Below the pieces are notes generated by a model. The model made no database searches and had not been told where the DNA came from. It was given only the letters and a program-made list of their open reading frames with translations. Position numbers and translations under genes: made by a program. From Gordius albopunctatus (taxonomy: Eukaryota), in assembly GCA_964276515.1 (NCBI GenBank), contig OZ193909.1, forward strand, positions 2,666,001 through 2,730,000: a stretch of DNA of 64,000 nucleotides, in the 5' to 3' direction. Within the stretch, counting starts at the first letter, position 1. Every line of letters begins with the position of its first letter. This document shows positions 34,973-48,900 of this stretch, one piece after another.

Positions 34973-36914
34973 TAATTTTTTATTTTCATAAATATGAATT
35001 AACTGGATATATATTAAGAATTAATTTTTGAATTTAATTTTGATCATTAAGCCATTTGATATTAAAATTTTGTTAAATAGTTGATAATTATCCTAAATGA
35101 AAAGCTTTTTCATTAAATTTAATGTACCCCTAACATCCAGCGCCCATCGAGCCTATTTAGTGTTGGAAAACAAATTTTTAGTGAAAAGCGGACAAGCTTA
35201 TTAGACGACAATATAGAATATAGCGTTTATATTAATTTTTTTAAATTAACTCGGGTAACTTTTAATGTAACTAGTTCCATTAGGTAAGTAATTGGAACTG
35301 TATTCAGTTACTTATGAAAAAACGTAACTGTAGTTGGTTACATTTTTTTTAAAGTAACTGTAACTTATTTAGTTACTGTGGATAAGTAACTTTAACATCT
35401 CTATATATATATTTTATTTTTTACTACTAATATACTAATCCATTTTTGAATATACATATACTAACACACTAACAAATGAACACGTAACCCCTGATTTTCT
35501 TGGACCGAGATGCACCGCATAGGTGTCAGGTGGGACTCAATCTTAGCTTGCCGATTTAGCTAAGCTCTTGAATGTCATCGGGGTAAATACATACATACCT
35601 TAACTTGGATAATTATTCAAATTAATTAACCACCAGTTTAATATTACTACATCAGGTAGGATGAGAAATTGCAAAATTATAATTGCTTTAGTTATATTTA
35701 ATACTCCATCAGAAATCAAGCCTAAAACTTTATATATATAATGGTATGGATACAAATATGTGATAAATGTATTTTAAATTATTCACATAATTTAATGACC
35801 ATTCATTCGCAGGTAGAATTACCCAAAATTTGAATTTTTTGCAAAAATATATATTTATTATACCTGGGTTTTAAAAAATATATATTCCTATCCTATTGAT
35901 TTACATTTAATACCTTGAATTTGAATTATACGAAATAAAAATACGCAATTTAATTTACTAAAAATTTAAGATCAATAAAATAATTTAAGCCGAGATCTCG
36001 TCGAAAAAATCTCGAACTTGTCTCGACATTATAATTCTCGTCTCGATCTCGGGTCAGTTTTTCAAAATCTCGTCTAGTCTCGTTTTTTCGAGACCGAGAT
36101 TTTTCTCGGTTTTCACGTATCATTATACTTGGACACATCATTCCACAATTTATTATCCATGCGTGTGCTCATGAGAGTGCGAATAATAAGATTATTCAAC
36201 GTTAACCTATAATTATACATATTTCAATATCTTAACATCTATTAACGTGTGTGAAATAACAAAGATGGGTGCGCTTCAACAATATATATTTATAAACCTT
36301 GTGGGTAAGAACAAAAATTTCCAATAATTCAATTTTCGGAATTTAGCACAAAACAAAATATTAGGGTCGGGGTAGGCTAAGCCAAACGTATATTGGAATT
36401 TTAACAATAATAAAAGCGTACACACATACTATTCCATGTCATTTGTACTTATAATAACACATCTAAGGGAAGGGAGCCGTGTATACATTAAAATAACAAA
36501 TACTGATCAACATCTATTAATATGTATACATATTTATATTATGTTAGTTTAAATCATAATATTTACAGAATGTAACACATTTGTCGAGAATGCAATAAAA
36601 AATGTTAAACAAAATTAAGCGACTTCCTTAGTACACCATCGTAAAATGAGGATTTGTAATAACAGAGGACTAAGTATTAGGGTATCACCATTTTTTATAA
36701 TCAAAAACACTAATTACACGTGTCAGTTAGATTAAAAAGAAAAAATTAGGGTGCGGTTCCACGGCACTTATGAGAATTTAAAAAACAAAAATCGCTTTTA
36801 GGGTAGGGGGGAAAGTGTCGATGTGGCTATATGGTTGATTTCTTGGAACCGTGATTGTGTTCGCGATTTGTAATATAATGCCCCACATTCCAGCTAATTT
36901 GCAGAAGCGCGCGT

Positions 36915-39900
36915 TCAATCAGTTTTAATCCTTTGACTGTACATGTATTGTTGATTAACCTTCCACGATTCTTTAACCTTAGCTCGCTTCAGTTCTCCAT
37001 CCCTAAGCATCGAAAAATTGAAACATCCTTTGATTGTAATTTTAAGTATAAAATTAAAGAAAAATAGCAAAAATTTTATAAAATTAAACCTTAAAAAGCA
37101 CACATTAAAATCATTTAAAATTAGTTGTGAAGAAAGGATGAGTTTTTAATAAATTTTGAAATTATTAAACACACACACAGATTTCTTGATGCGCTATAAA
37201 ATTAATTACCAATCCAAATCCACGAGGCCACCTTGGTAGGCTATGGCCGATTTAACGCGATCGGCGAAGTGGTAAGCATTTTCATTTTCCTAGAACGTTC
37301 CATCAAACAACAAAATTAAAATTCACGATTCGTTTATACTTAGTTTCGACAATTGTCAATAACATATTAATCTTGGACAATCATTACGTTTACAATAGTT
37401 AATGTTCTCTTTGCGTCGGCGTAGCCAAGGGGGGCAAGAAGGGGCGGCTGCCCCCCTCTAAATCCAAAATTTGTTGAAATTTATTAAAATTATGAACAAA
37501 ATTTCAGAAATTTGTATATTGGTCTCGGCTTGTATCAAACCAGCCCAATTTGTCAAGCCCCGCCCGATGTTAAATAATGATATAGAGAAATTTTAAAGGT
37601 ACAATATAGAAAAAATTTAATAATTATAATAATCTATCAAACACCTGCATCGTCATGGGTGGCAAATACCAAATGTCACAAACCAGGGCCCAGCTCGTCA
37701 TCATCATGAGGAGGTACTGCAAAAACGTTTGCCGGCTACTATCCCAAAACGGATCTCCGAATCTGGCGTCGTACTAAAAGCGTTAACAAACATAATAATA
37801 CATTTTGACGAAAATGAAACATTTTTAATATTATACTTCAAGAATAAAATTAAAACTTGTGTGGCTCTAAAATAGCATGGGGCATAAATAAATTTGCTCA
37901 ATAAAAGCAAGCAAATTTTTTAAATCAATATGATGACAATGCTATATGCAAAAATGAACAAACTTTAATGGCAGCGGGATATACGAGGCCACCGACTTCG
38001 AAAGTCCCTTTTTTGAACATCATGACGGAGGTGTTGTTGATACAAGTACCTAACGATAGATTACATTGTTTAAAATCCCACTTAACCGTATAGATTTCCA
38101 ATAAATTTATTATCGACAACCAATTAACTAATTATTCTTTAAATTTTAACTGCAATTAATGGTTAAAAACAATATCATTTTTTCCTCAACACAATGTCCA
38201 CGGTACAGCCTGAATGCTGTTTCTAAATCCAAACAAATATCCCAAAATGTCAAAAAAATTCAAAATTTTCCGCTCTCCAAGTTTTATAATGCTGCTCACT
38301 AACATTTCAACGTGAATAAATAAAAATTAAATTAACAGTTGGTCATCAAGTGAGGTCCCTGTTACCGCAAAACATTTAAAACTGTGGCCGATTTTTGGGA
38401 GTCGATCACATTTAAAAATGTTAAATTATAACGATCAAATCTAGCGACAAAATTGAAACAGCAATTTAGTAAGGCTAAAAGTTAAAATAACCAAGTTAAA
38501 GCTAATCAAAACTTAAAGTCCCAGTAGCCATACCATTCTACTCCCTATTTATCTAATAAAAAATGCATTAGATATTCAAACTTAGAATTTTGGCACTAGG
38601 CATGCCGAGCCTTTATGTGGTTTACCAACTATAGAGCCGACGAGCTTGGGAAAGCCAAGAAGGAAAAACAATCAAAATCTCAGTTAAAAGTCTAAGGGGG
38701 AGAGAGACCTTCGGGAAAAATGAGGATGGGTAATTTCCTCGGGTCAGACACGTGTTCCTTCATTTTGTCAAAGACAGCTCTCCTATCTTGCGTCTCCGAG
38801 CGCTCGAACCAAACGTGGCTCGTGGAGCGGCTGAGGATGCGCTGGAGAAAACCAAAAAATCCGCCGTGCCTTTGGCCCACCATGGCGTAGCAATTGTCGC
38901 AGGATAACATCACCACGTCTATGGGTGAAGTATGATTCGCTACGCATATACCACCGGGTTGAGCTCGATTATTCCTAAAGCAAACGTTTTAAATTAAAAG
39001 GGTGGAGTTTTTCGTGCATAATGATTTCGGCCCAAAAACAATTAGTTAAGTTGAGTGAGCAACTTTTATAGGGAGTCAGTATCGTTGTAATAAAAATGGT
39101 TTTTGTGGCAACATTTATGTAAAGGTTTTTTAATATAAGCTTATGACACGGTTCCCCGCGATTTAATATGGTGGTGCCTGAGAAAACAAAATATCCGTGA
39201 CGCATATATACGGCTTATGAAAAATATTTATGAAGCTTCAAACTCTTGCGTTAGGACGACAGTTGGAGACTCTAAACCTTTTCGGGTTAATATTGGATTA
39301 CATCAAGGCTCTGCTTTAAGTCCCTTTTTATTCAATATAATTATAGACACGATAAGGAGGGACATTCAAACGCCATCGCCATGGTGTACGCTATATGCCG
39401 ATGATATAGTACTATGCGAGGAAACAAGGGAGAAAGTATTCGAAGAAGCCAAAAATGGTCAAAGCGCTTAACTGGATATGGTTTAAAGGTCAACGATAGA
39501 AAAACGGTATACATGGAAATGAAGGGTACAGGCACCCCATCGCTGGATGACCATCTAAAGTACCCAAAAGTAGACAGGTTCACATACCTCGGCTCTATGC
39601 TACATCAAGAGGGAGGTTGCGCAACTGAAATCAATGTCCGGATTCAAAAAGGATGGCTTAAATGGCGAAGTATATCCGGTGTAATGTGCGACAAGAAAAT
39701 GCCAATATGGTTGAAGAGCAAAGCTTACAAATCCATCGTAAGACCGGTGTTACTCTATGGAAGTGAACATGGGCATTAAACACCACGGAAGGAAAGCTAT
39801 TACAAGCCACGGAGATGAGAATGATACGGTGGAGCTTGGGGTATACTAAGCTCGACCATATGACGAATGACTTTCTCATGACAAAAATGGGTATTCAACC

Positions 39901-42900
39901 TATGGCGGACATGATTAACGAAAATCGGCTAAGGTGGTATGGCTAAGAAGGGACACGGATGACGTAAATAGAAAATAAGAGATTAGTCAAGACATGGCAC
40001 TCACCCGGTCAAGATGGAAAAACTTATCAAAACAAACCCCACGACGACTGTGGGGGACCAAATAACTGATAAAGAAGAAGAATTTTTATAGGATTCGTTT
40101 AGAGTTACGTTAAAGTATAAAGAGCCTGCAAGGGCCGTCCTAAGTCGACCTGAGAGTGTGTATGGTCGGGGCGGGCTCAAGCAAATTGAAAATATCGGGC
40201 TCAGGTCGGACTTAGGCGTGAAAAAATCCATTTTGCTCTAAATACAAAGATTTAATTGACGCGTTATTAGACTCATGAATAAAGGCTCCCTCTTTAAACG
40301 CTTTAATCAGAATAAAAGCAATATATAAGGCTTCAATCGTTGAATCCCAAAACGTTTCATCTGTCAAAATGTAGCGTTAAATAAAAAAAAAACACAGATA
40401 ACTCTAACACATCTGCAAGTTGGGGGTTAGGGTAATTAAAACAAATATTCCAAAAGGCGTCCTAGTTAAAAAAATCCACATATCTAGCATGCCTTTACCC
40501 CATTGCCAGTCCAACTTAAAGGAGATATACCAGTTAAATGGTAAAATATCCCAAAATGAAAGCTTTAAAATAATAAAATCTTTCAAAGTATATTCAAAAT
40601 GGTGAAAAACTTGTTGTGGAATGTAACGATAGCAGTTAGGGATCTCGCCAAAATCCTAAAACACATCAGGGACGCGTGTCGGTACAGCATTATCTTGAAG
40701 CTTAAAAAGGTTGAATACGTAAAAATAAAATTAAAATACAAAAGCTAAAAAACACAATCACAAAAAATCCTAAAAACGGAAATTTTACTTGGAATTGGGT
40801 ACCATACCGATGATCGACGATGAGAACATAAGCCACACTATACCCAGCGTAAACAGGAGAACCCTTTAAAATTTTAAATTTAAAATTACCGTTCACATTT
40901 TATCAAAGAAAGAAGGATGATTCGGCGATTGACTAACCTGATGGGAAGTAAGAAAACGTAGCGGAATATGAAGCCAATGCCCCAGATGATGGTAAAGGTG
41001 GGGCTAAACGTAGGCAAAAATCTGTATTAGCGCTGTAAAAACGGGTGGGTTTCGTTTGGTCGACCTTTGGTTATAGTCGAGTAAACGTAAACTCGAGTCA
41101 AAGGTTTTTTGGTCTCTGTTTTTCTTTGCCGACCTCTAGGCTTAGTCGAAATACGAAAAAAGGAGACCAAAGTCGAGCGTTAGCCTTAGTTGAGCCAAAG
41201 GTCGACCAAACATAACTCAGCCGTTTTTACAGCCACATTCTATATACACAGTATTCACGCGTATAATATATTGCATAATTTTAAGGCTGCAAAATCGATT
41301 TAATTTCAAACAAACAAATTTTTGTAAAAGTGCATGAAATTGGGATTAAAATCGTGCTCGGAAAACACACGACCGTTTCAAACACAAATCGGGGTCGGCT
41401 AATTTCATTTTATGTACAATGAAATGCTCCGGAATAACGCTAAAAGCTAAAATAATGCATAAACCCCCCCCCCAATGGGCGTAGCCAGGATCGGGATTAG
41501 GAGGGAGGGGAAAAATGATAATTTTTATATATTGTATCCTAATTATATTATAACAAATTTATGAATTTAGAGGGGGGCAGCTGCCCCCCCCCAGCCTCCC
41601 CCTGGTTACTCCCATGCACACCCAACTCATAACTGTATCAAACACGTGAGTTTGCAACAATTAGTAATGTTAATTTTGAAATAAGCATTGAGCAAACCTG
41701 ATGTAGTAAAAGTTTTTGTTCGTACGCGTCAGCAGGTTCCAAGACGGCAATTCTGTCAGCAAAAGGTAAATTTGCTAAAGCCCAGTTTGAAATATTTTAT
41801 GGATAAAACGTGAAATTATTTTGCAAATTTCAAAAAATAACAAACAAAAATTGGAAATCGAATCTATCGGAATGGGATGCAATTTTAACAAAAATTACCT
41901 TCGGCCTGAAACCTTTGAGTGACTTCGTCTTCGATGATCGCCTGTATAGAGTAGAAAAAACATAATTAGTGCTACCAGTTCAAGGAAGACAAATTTTTAC
42001 ACGAAAATTACATAAGACGGTTATTTTAGTAGCTTATATTACTAACTTTCGTACTTAAATTTCGGGCATAAATTTAATTGCTCGATTTAGTGTTAATAAT
42101 TTTATATAAATCAACATGAAAACATCGATATTCTCCCCTAATTTCTATACAGGTGTCGTGGAAAGGCATTAGTTATAGGCGAAATAATAGCATGAATATT
42201 AAAACTACTCCAAAAATGGGAACGAGTCCGGGCCAAGTCTGCTAAGTTAACGAATCCTAAGGGCTCAGAAAGACGTCGATTTTAAAAGAACGTAAAGGAG
42301 ATGGGGGTCCTATAAAAATGTTACTCGCCGCCGTAAGAAAATTATTCGCTAATATAAAGCTTAACGTTACTAAATTTAAGACCGGGCCAATGTAGTGTTG
42401 CAAAAACGGCCAGGTTTTGTCTGGTCCACCTTTAAGTTTGCTCAAACCTTTGGTCTGTTAGTCGACTAAAACCAATGGCCGACCAAACGAACCCAGCCGC
42501 TTTCACCACACAAGTCCAACAATGTGGAATGGTAAGGATAAAAGAGTATGGTGAAAGTGAAAGAGCGGCCTTACCTCCATGCCGAACTTGATGTAATCCA
42601 GAACGTGATAAACTTGAAAATCCTCCTTAATCAGCTGTATGCTGGCCCTGTGCCTACGGGCCGTCGCGGGTGACAACGAGCTATCAACATTATCGGACCC
42701 CTTAAATTTTGTCATATCGGAGCGGTCGTTTGCTTGTTCCAAGGTTTTGTCCATGCCGAAGCTAATCACACCATCTACGACATTACCGTCGAGGGCATCT
42801 CCCTTGGGTTCGGGCTCGGGTTTTTGGTAAGGGATTGGGGTGTTTGGGCCTACGGTGGCTGCCCCCTTTTCGATCAGGAAACTTCGGGTAAAGGCTAGAA

Positions 42901-45900
42901 GATAATGGCGTAGCAAAGGTGGCGTACGTAAAATGCAATTTATGGGCTCGCTTACGGTTGTCCGTCCGTTGTCGGTCCCGTACTTTTTCAATGATTGCCG
43001 TGGAAACTTATATGTGTGGGGGTTTTTAATGGCTGTGGACTTATGCTTGTGCAAAAGAGTTTTATTAATTGCTTTCACAAAATAGACTAGCTAATGACGG
43101 CTCGTTGGCTTTCTTCTTTATACCCCCTTTTTGCAGCATAAAAGTGTGTGGCGAGGTTTAAAAGTCGGACTTAATCATTCGATTCCGATTGCGTTCAAGA
43201 GACAATACATAAGTGTTATTCGAAGTTACGTTAGATTTTGGGGGGGGGAAAAAGTCAAAAAGTTTTAACCTAAATATATCGTAGCTCTCGGTCAATTACA
43301 CAACTCAATGTAATGAAAGCTATCAGACAGAGAGGGTATTGAGAGATATATATCGCAAAAAAATATCATTTTAACCGATTTTTTGTGAGTGAAATACCGA
43401 GTCCAAGCTGCACAGAGAGATGAATTGAAAGCTAAATGCTGCATTCATGCAATTCTAATCCCCTTCACTATAATATTTTCGTACATCTTTACGTGATAAA
43501 GCGGTTGAAATGGTTTAAACTACTTTTAAAGCTATACTATAATGATAGGGTGGAGCTCGGGATATTCTAAGCTCGACCATATGCCGAATGACTATCCAAG
43601 GACAAAAATGGGTATTCAACAGCTATGGCGAACATAAGGTGGTATGGATGGGCGGCATGTGCTAAGGAGGGAGACGAATGTATGAATGTGTATTTATGTA
43701 TGAAGTCTTGAAAAGTAGTGGACATGGAGGTCCCGGGGAAGAGGACGACCTCGTGTCACGTGGACAGGAGAAGAGTACAAGTTATGAACGTTAAAAGGAT
43801 TAATCAAGACATGGCCCACTTACCCGATCAAGGTGGAAGGAACTCATCAAACAAACCCCACGCCACGACTGTGGGACCAAATACTGGATAGTAGAGTTGT
43901 TAAATTGCTAACTTTCTTCAAACGCCAGACGCGAGCTCGTCCACTGAGTTGCTTAATATGCGCGTTAGCACAATATGTGCTCTCTGTTCGGTGCACTAGG
44001 TAGAATATAAGCATATAAAAATGCTCGAGAACCGAGCAGAAACTCGAGCAGATGGTAGCTGGAGTTGAAGAAAGTTAGCAATTTAACAACTCTACTGGAT
44101 AGTATGCTTTCAAAACTTGAACACACTTTCAAATGTAATTCGATTATAATTGAAATGTTATACATTTTCGGCTAAATTAATACTAAACTTTTATGACTTA
44201 AAAGGTTTATGGAGATATGAGGGTTCGAAAACAAAAAAGCGACACTTTTGTAAAAGCTAAGGGCTAATTTTTGCTCGAAAGCATTCAAATGTCGCAATTT
44301 AATTAATCATCGCGCGACAACGAGATTGGACATGTGACATTTAAAAAAGTTGTGAAAAACTCGAGAGATATATATATATCATTATTTGATGTAGTTGACA
44401 AGGTCGAGAAGCTGTCTTAAAAAGCTTGCCTGAAAGCAAATACAAAGTTTGTTAAGTACAATTTAGTTTTTGAATAAGGCTATAATATGCTAAAATTTTG
44501 TAACTAACAGAAAGGCATAAAATGTTAAAAAAAGAGCAAAAGGTGCGGTGGAAAATTAGGCTTATATTTCTTGTTCACGAATAGCAATTACCCTAAAGGA
44601 TAATCGAGAGAAACTAGGCTTCATGGGTGTAGCGGGGCGGCTGCCCCCCTTTAAATCCAAATATTTGTTGAAATTTATTAAAATTACGGTTAAATTTTCA
44701 AAAATGTTCATGTTGCCCCTTGCTAAATCATTGTTGTCACCCTCTGATTCCAATGCTGGCTACACTCATGCTAGGCTTTATTAATTTTATATGTTTACAC
44801 TGTTTGGAGACGATGAAAATTGCTTAGGATTGGACGAAGGCAATCAAACCTAAAATGCGGCGATTTCCAATGAAAGTTTGGCACTGAAGAACAAAGAAAA
44901 TTTTGAAAAGACCTTTTCTTACATATAAATTAATTAACTTTGTTCGGAAATGGAAATATATGGCATGATGACTAAACAATGCCTTTAGTTGAAGGAGTAG
45001 CATTTGCATTGATTATTATTATATGATCAAAGACACGCGCCTTTTTGCATATTTTATTAAAGCCGACTTAGTGAAATGATAGCTTTACGTCAATGCCTAC
45101 AGTATAGGGATCAGAGACCAAAAAAGCCCGGCCCGCTGCCCGACCTTGCCCACGGGCCGGGTCAAGCCACAGTTATAAATTTAGATTTTCGGAAGGGCAC
45201 CATAACAAGATTCGGGCTTAATCAGATATTTAATATAGTTTACTAATTTATTTTTGTGAGCTATTTTGTCACTTTTTATTTGTTTGTATATTATTTATGA
45301 ATCACAGCTTTCATCCAAAAAATCGAAAATAAAATTAAAATTTTTTTGGAAAAAATGATAAAATTAGCAATTTTGGGAAGGGCATTTCGGCCGGGCCCAC
45401 ACATTCGGACCTGGCCGGGTTCGGGCAGAAATATTTAAACAAATCTGACGTCTGATAAAGATATCATCATGAAAAAACACGATAAATTTAGCGAAAAGTC
45501 CCAATCACAAACAAACTCAACGTCGACAGCGACACTATAAACGCCATACGCACCAATTTCCAAAACCTTAAAAAAGAATTGTGACACGTACACATTAAAA
45601 ATAAATCGTTAAAGAGCGAGGAAAAAATTCCAACCAAATTGATTAGACGAGTGAAAAAACGTACAATTTTTGTTGGGCCTCATGGCGCCAGAGACGGCCC
45701 CATTATTGCGCAGCCCGGCGGGTCCAATTATCTGCCCATTACTGCTACTACTCCAGGCAAAACCTTTAACGAGCTCTTCTCGCTTGTCCAGGGAGAGGGG
45801 GTCTGAGGAGGGCTTGCTTTGCCCCCCCTTCTTCCTATCACCAGCGGAAATGGCCGAGTCGCAATCGTCGTAATTGCTATTGTATTGGTCTTCTTCGTTC

Positions 45901-48900
45901 TGCAATTGACTAGCCCACTAAGAACAAAACAACATCGTGTTAAAACAGACATTATATAAAACTAATAATATTTCTTGGACACTGGGAACTATTAAATGTC
46001 ATGAGATCCTTGCCCCCCCCGGCGCTAAATCAATTAATTCCTTAATATTTTATCTAATTATGGCTAAAATTTTATAAAATATTTGTCCTTTTACCCCTCC
46101 CGCCTAAATGATTATCGCCCCCATCTAATTCCGATCCTGGCCACGCCTATGTGTTAACATGATAAAAAAGAAATTATATTAATTGCGCCATTCCATGACA
46201 AGTCAAAACGTTTTCGGCCGACAATCTGAGATATGGATAATTTTTGGTGAGGATGTAGGCCTCATGTGTCTTAGAGTAATTTAGGAAAATTTAAGCCATT
46301 TTGGGCCAATACTTTTTAAGTTATGGACGTTTAAAGGGCCAAAATCACTCTCGACACCGTTTCATAGATTCTACTATTTTTGTCATGTTTTTGAAAGTGA
46401 TGGTGCTATTAAATAAAATTTTGGTGCATTTTGTTCCTAAAAAATTCCCTGTCGAAATAATTTAACACAAAAAACCCCAAAGTTTTGCGGTTAATTTTTT
46501 GTGGTCAAATTAGTGAGAAATTATAAAAACTCATTTGTCGATTATATGAAATCATCAATTTCACAACGTGCACTCCTTTATGACCCATTATCATATTTAA
46601 ATCATAAAAAGTTTGGGATCGGCTACGAGATGGTCAAGAATTCGAAAAATTACATTTTTACAAAAAATATTTATAGATGGCTGTATGATCAATTATCACA
46701 AGAACATATTATGATGTTTGTTTTTCATCAAATGTCAAATTTATTAAAATACACGGTAAATAAATAATATTGGAATAAAAATAAACTTAAATTTTGAACT
46801 TTTATTTGCGCGATGGGCAAGTAACCGAGTTCGAATTAAATTAAAAATGGTCACAAATAGCAAGCAATAATTTTTTAAATACCTTTCCTCCCGCAAATTT
46901 TTTATAAACTTAGGATGGATTATCAATACAAAAATAATAATATTTGAGCAATTTTGCCATCATGTTAGTATTTATTTTAGCCTACCTCTATATTATTTGA
47001 GTTAAAATTCACTTAATTTTTAAATAGCACCTAATTAAATTCACATGCCAACAATTATTTCATCTCATTGTGCATATGTATTTATTGAATTTTTAATGTC
47101 CTAATTTATTTTTGGATTTAAAATATATATAATACTTACAAATAATTCTTGAGACAATAATTAGTATTGATTAATGAATTAAAAATGCCGGAAACATAAA
47201 AATATTGAAATTAAAATCGTATGATTTTCGTTAATCGTTACATTGTCATGGTATAGAAAACTGAGATATATTCGATTCACAATATATTTTTGAATTAAAA
47301 ACCCGAACGCTTTTTTGTATTCATCGGGTTCGGGTCTTAAGGATATTTTTAAAAATGGGTTCGGCGGGTACAAGGTAAACATGGAATTAAAATCAATAAT
47401 ACAACAACGTTTAATTGATTTATATATTTCGAAAAGGGATGATAAAAATCGTCAAATCATAGCACCCCGTAACAGCGCTGACCCATTTGCCTACAAAAAC
47501 CGTATGGTAGGAGCTAATCTTAGGCAAAATTAAGCTTATCCCAACTATCATGTATATCATCACAAGCTAACTAAACGACTTTTTTTTAAATAAATTTTTA
47601 GGATCAGCTTTAATTTTTTGGTGATTTAAAAGTAAAGATGTGGCAAATTTGACTTACAAATTTAAGTTTGGAGTTTCGCTGTTCGAAACGGGGAGATAGT
47701 TTTAGAGGAGAAAGAATCAATAAGCATTTTTTCGTTGCTTTGGCATTTTGTTGGCCCGAGCCACTAAATCAATAATCGCGAGGGAAAAAAGATGGATGGC
47801 GGAGAGAAGACACGGAGGGAACGAGAAGGGGAAAGTATAAAACTTTAGCATTAAAAAAGTTTATATGACAAAAATTTAAAAAAGACATAATTATTCGGTG
47901 AAAACTAATTTGTTTGAATGCCTCTCGCATGATAATCGCTCCGTAAAGGGGCCTGGTATCAATTAGGAAAGGCTGGGTTTTATTTAGTCGCCTAAACCTA
48001 ATACATTCAAAGTTTTGTGGTCTGTTTTTCTTAATCGACCCCTGACTTAGTGGAAATTTGAAAAATAGACCAGAATCGACCGTTAGTCTTGGTTGAACCA
48101 AAGGCGGACCAAACACAATACCCAACAGTCTTTCCAACTCTAATATCGATAATAACCATTAAAATGGCATTTAATATCAAGAAAATGATGAAAACTAAGG
48201 ATTGTTGTGTATAAAAATTAGAGATTTTTTCTCTAAAGTCGCAAAAAAACGTAAATTAGATTTAGTGGGAGTGAGAATAACCACGAGAAACTAAAATGCA
48301 ATTTTGCCCCGAGTCAAGCACCTAAATGAGTTAATTATCGAGCCAGATGTTTAGCGTTACAACTCTCATCATAACCGTCCAACTCAACAAAGGGGAGAAA
48401 AAACACTTCAACATTCTGGCAAAAAATAATCTTAAAATTTAAATGAGGGAAAATGGATTAAGCTAGTGTTGGGTGCCATTTTAAAATGGATTCTTATTAA
48501 AAATATAATACGGCTAAAATTTCAAAAAATTATCATTTGCCCTCCACCCCCCAAATCATTATTGTCCAGCTCTAAATCCAATACGGGATTAGCCCGTGCC
48601 ACTGCTCACAAAAAAATCCCGAGGCTGAGGTAGGAGAAAAAGACTGGCCCCATGAGAAAGTTGGTCCTCTAGCCAAAGACTTTGGTACAATTTAAACGCC
48701 ACTTTTTTATAAAGTAAACTTAGGTGTCGTAAAAACGGCTGGGTCTTGTGTGGTCCACCTTTTAGTTCAACTAAGAGGCTTGCTCCACTCCCGTCTCTTT
48801 TTCAAATTTAGACTAAGCCTCGGGGTCCACTCAAATTAAGCAGACCAAAAACCTGCTTAATTTCAGTGGACCAAAACGGAATGTCGACTAAGCGAAACCC

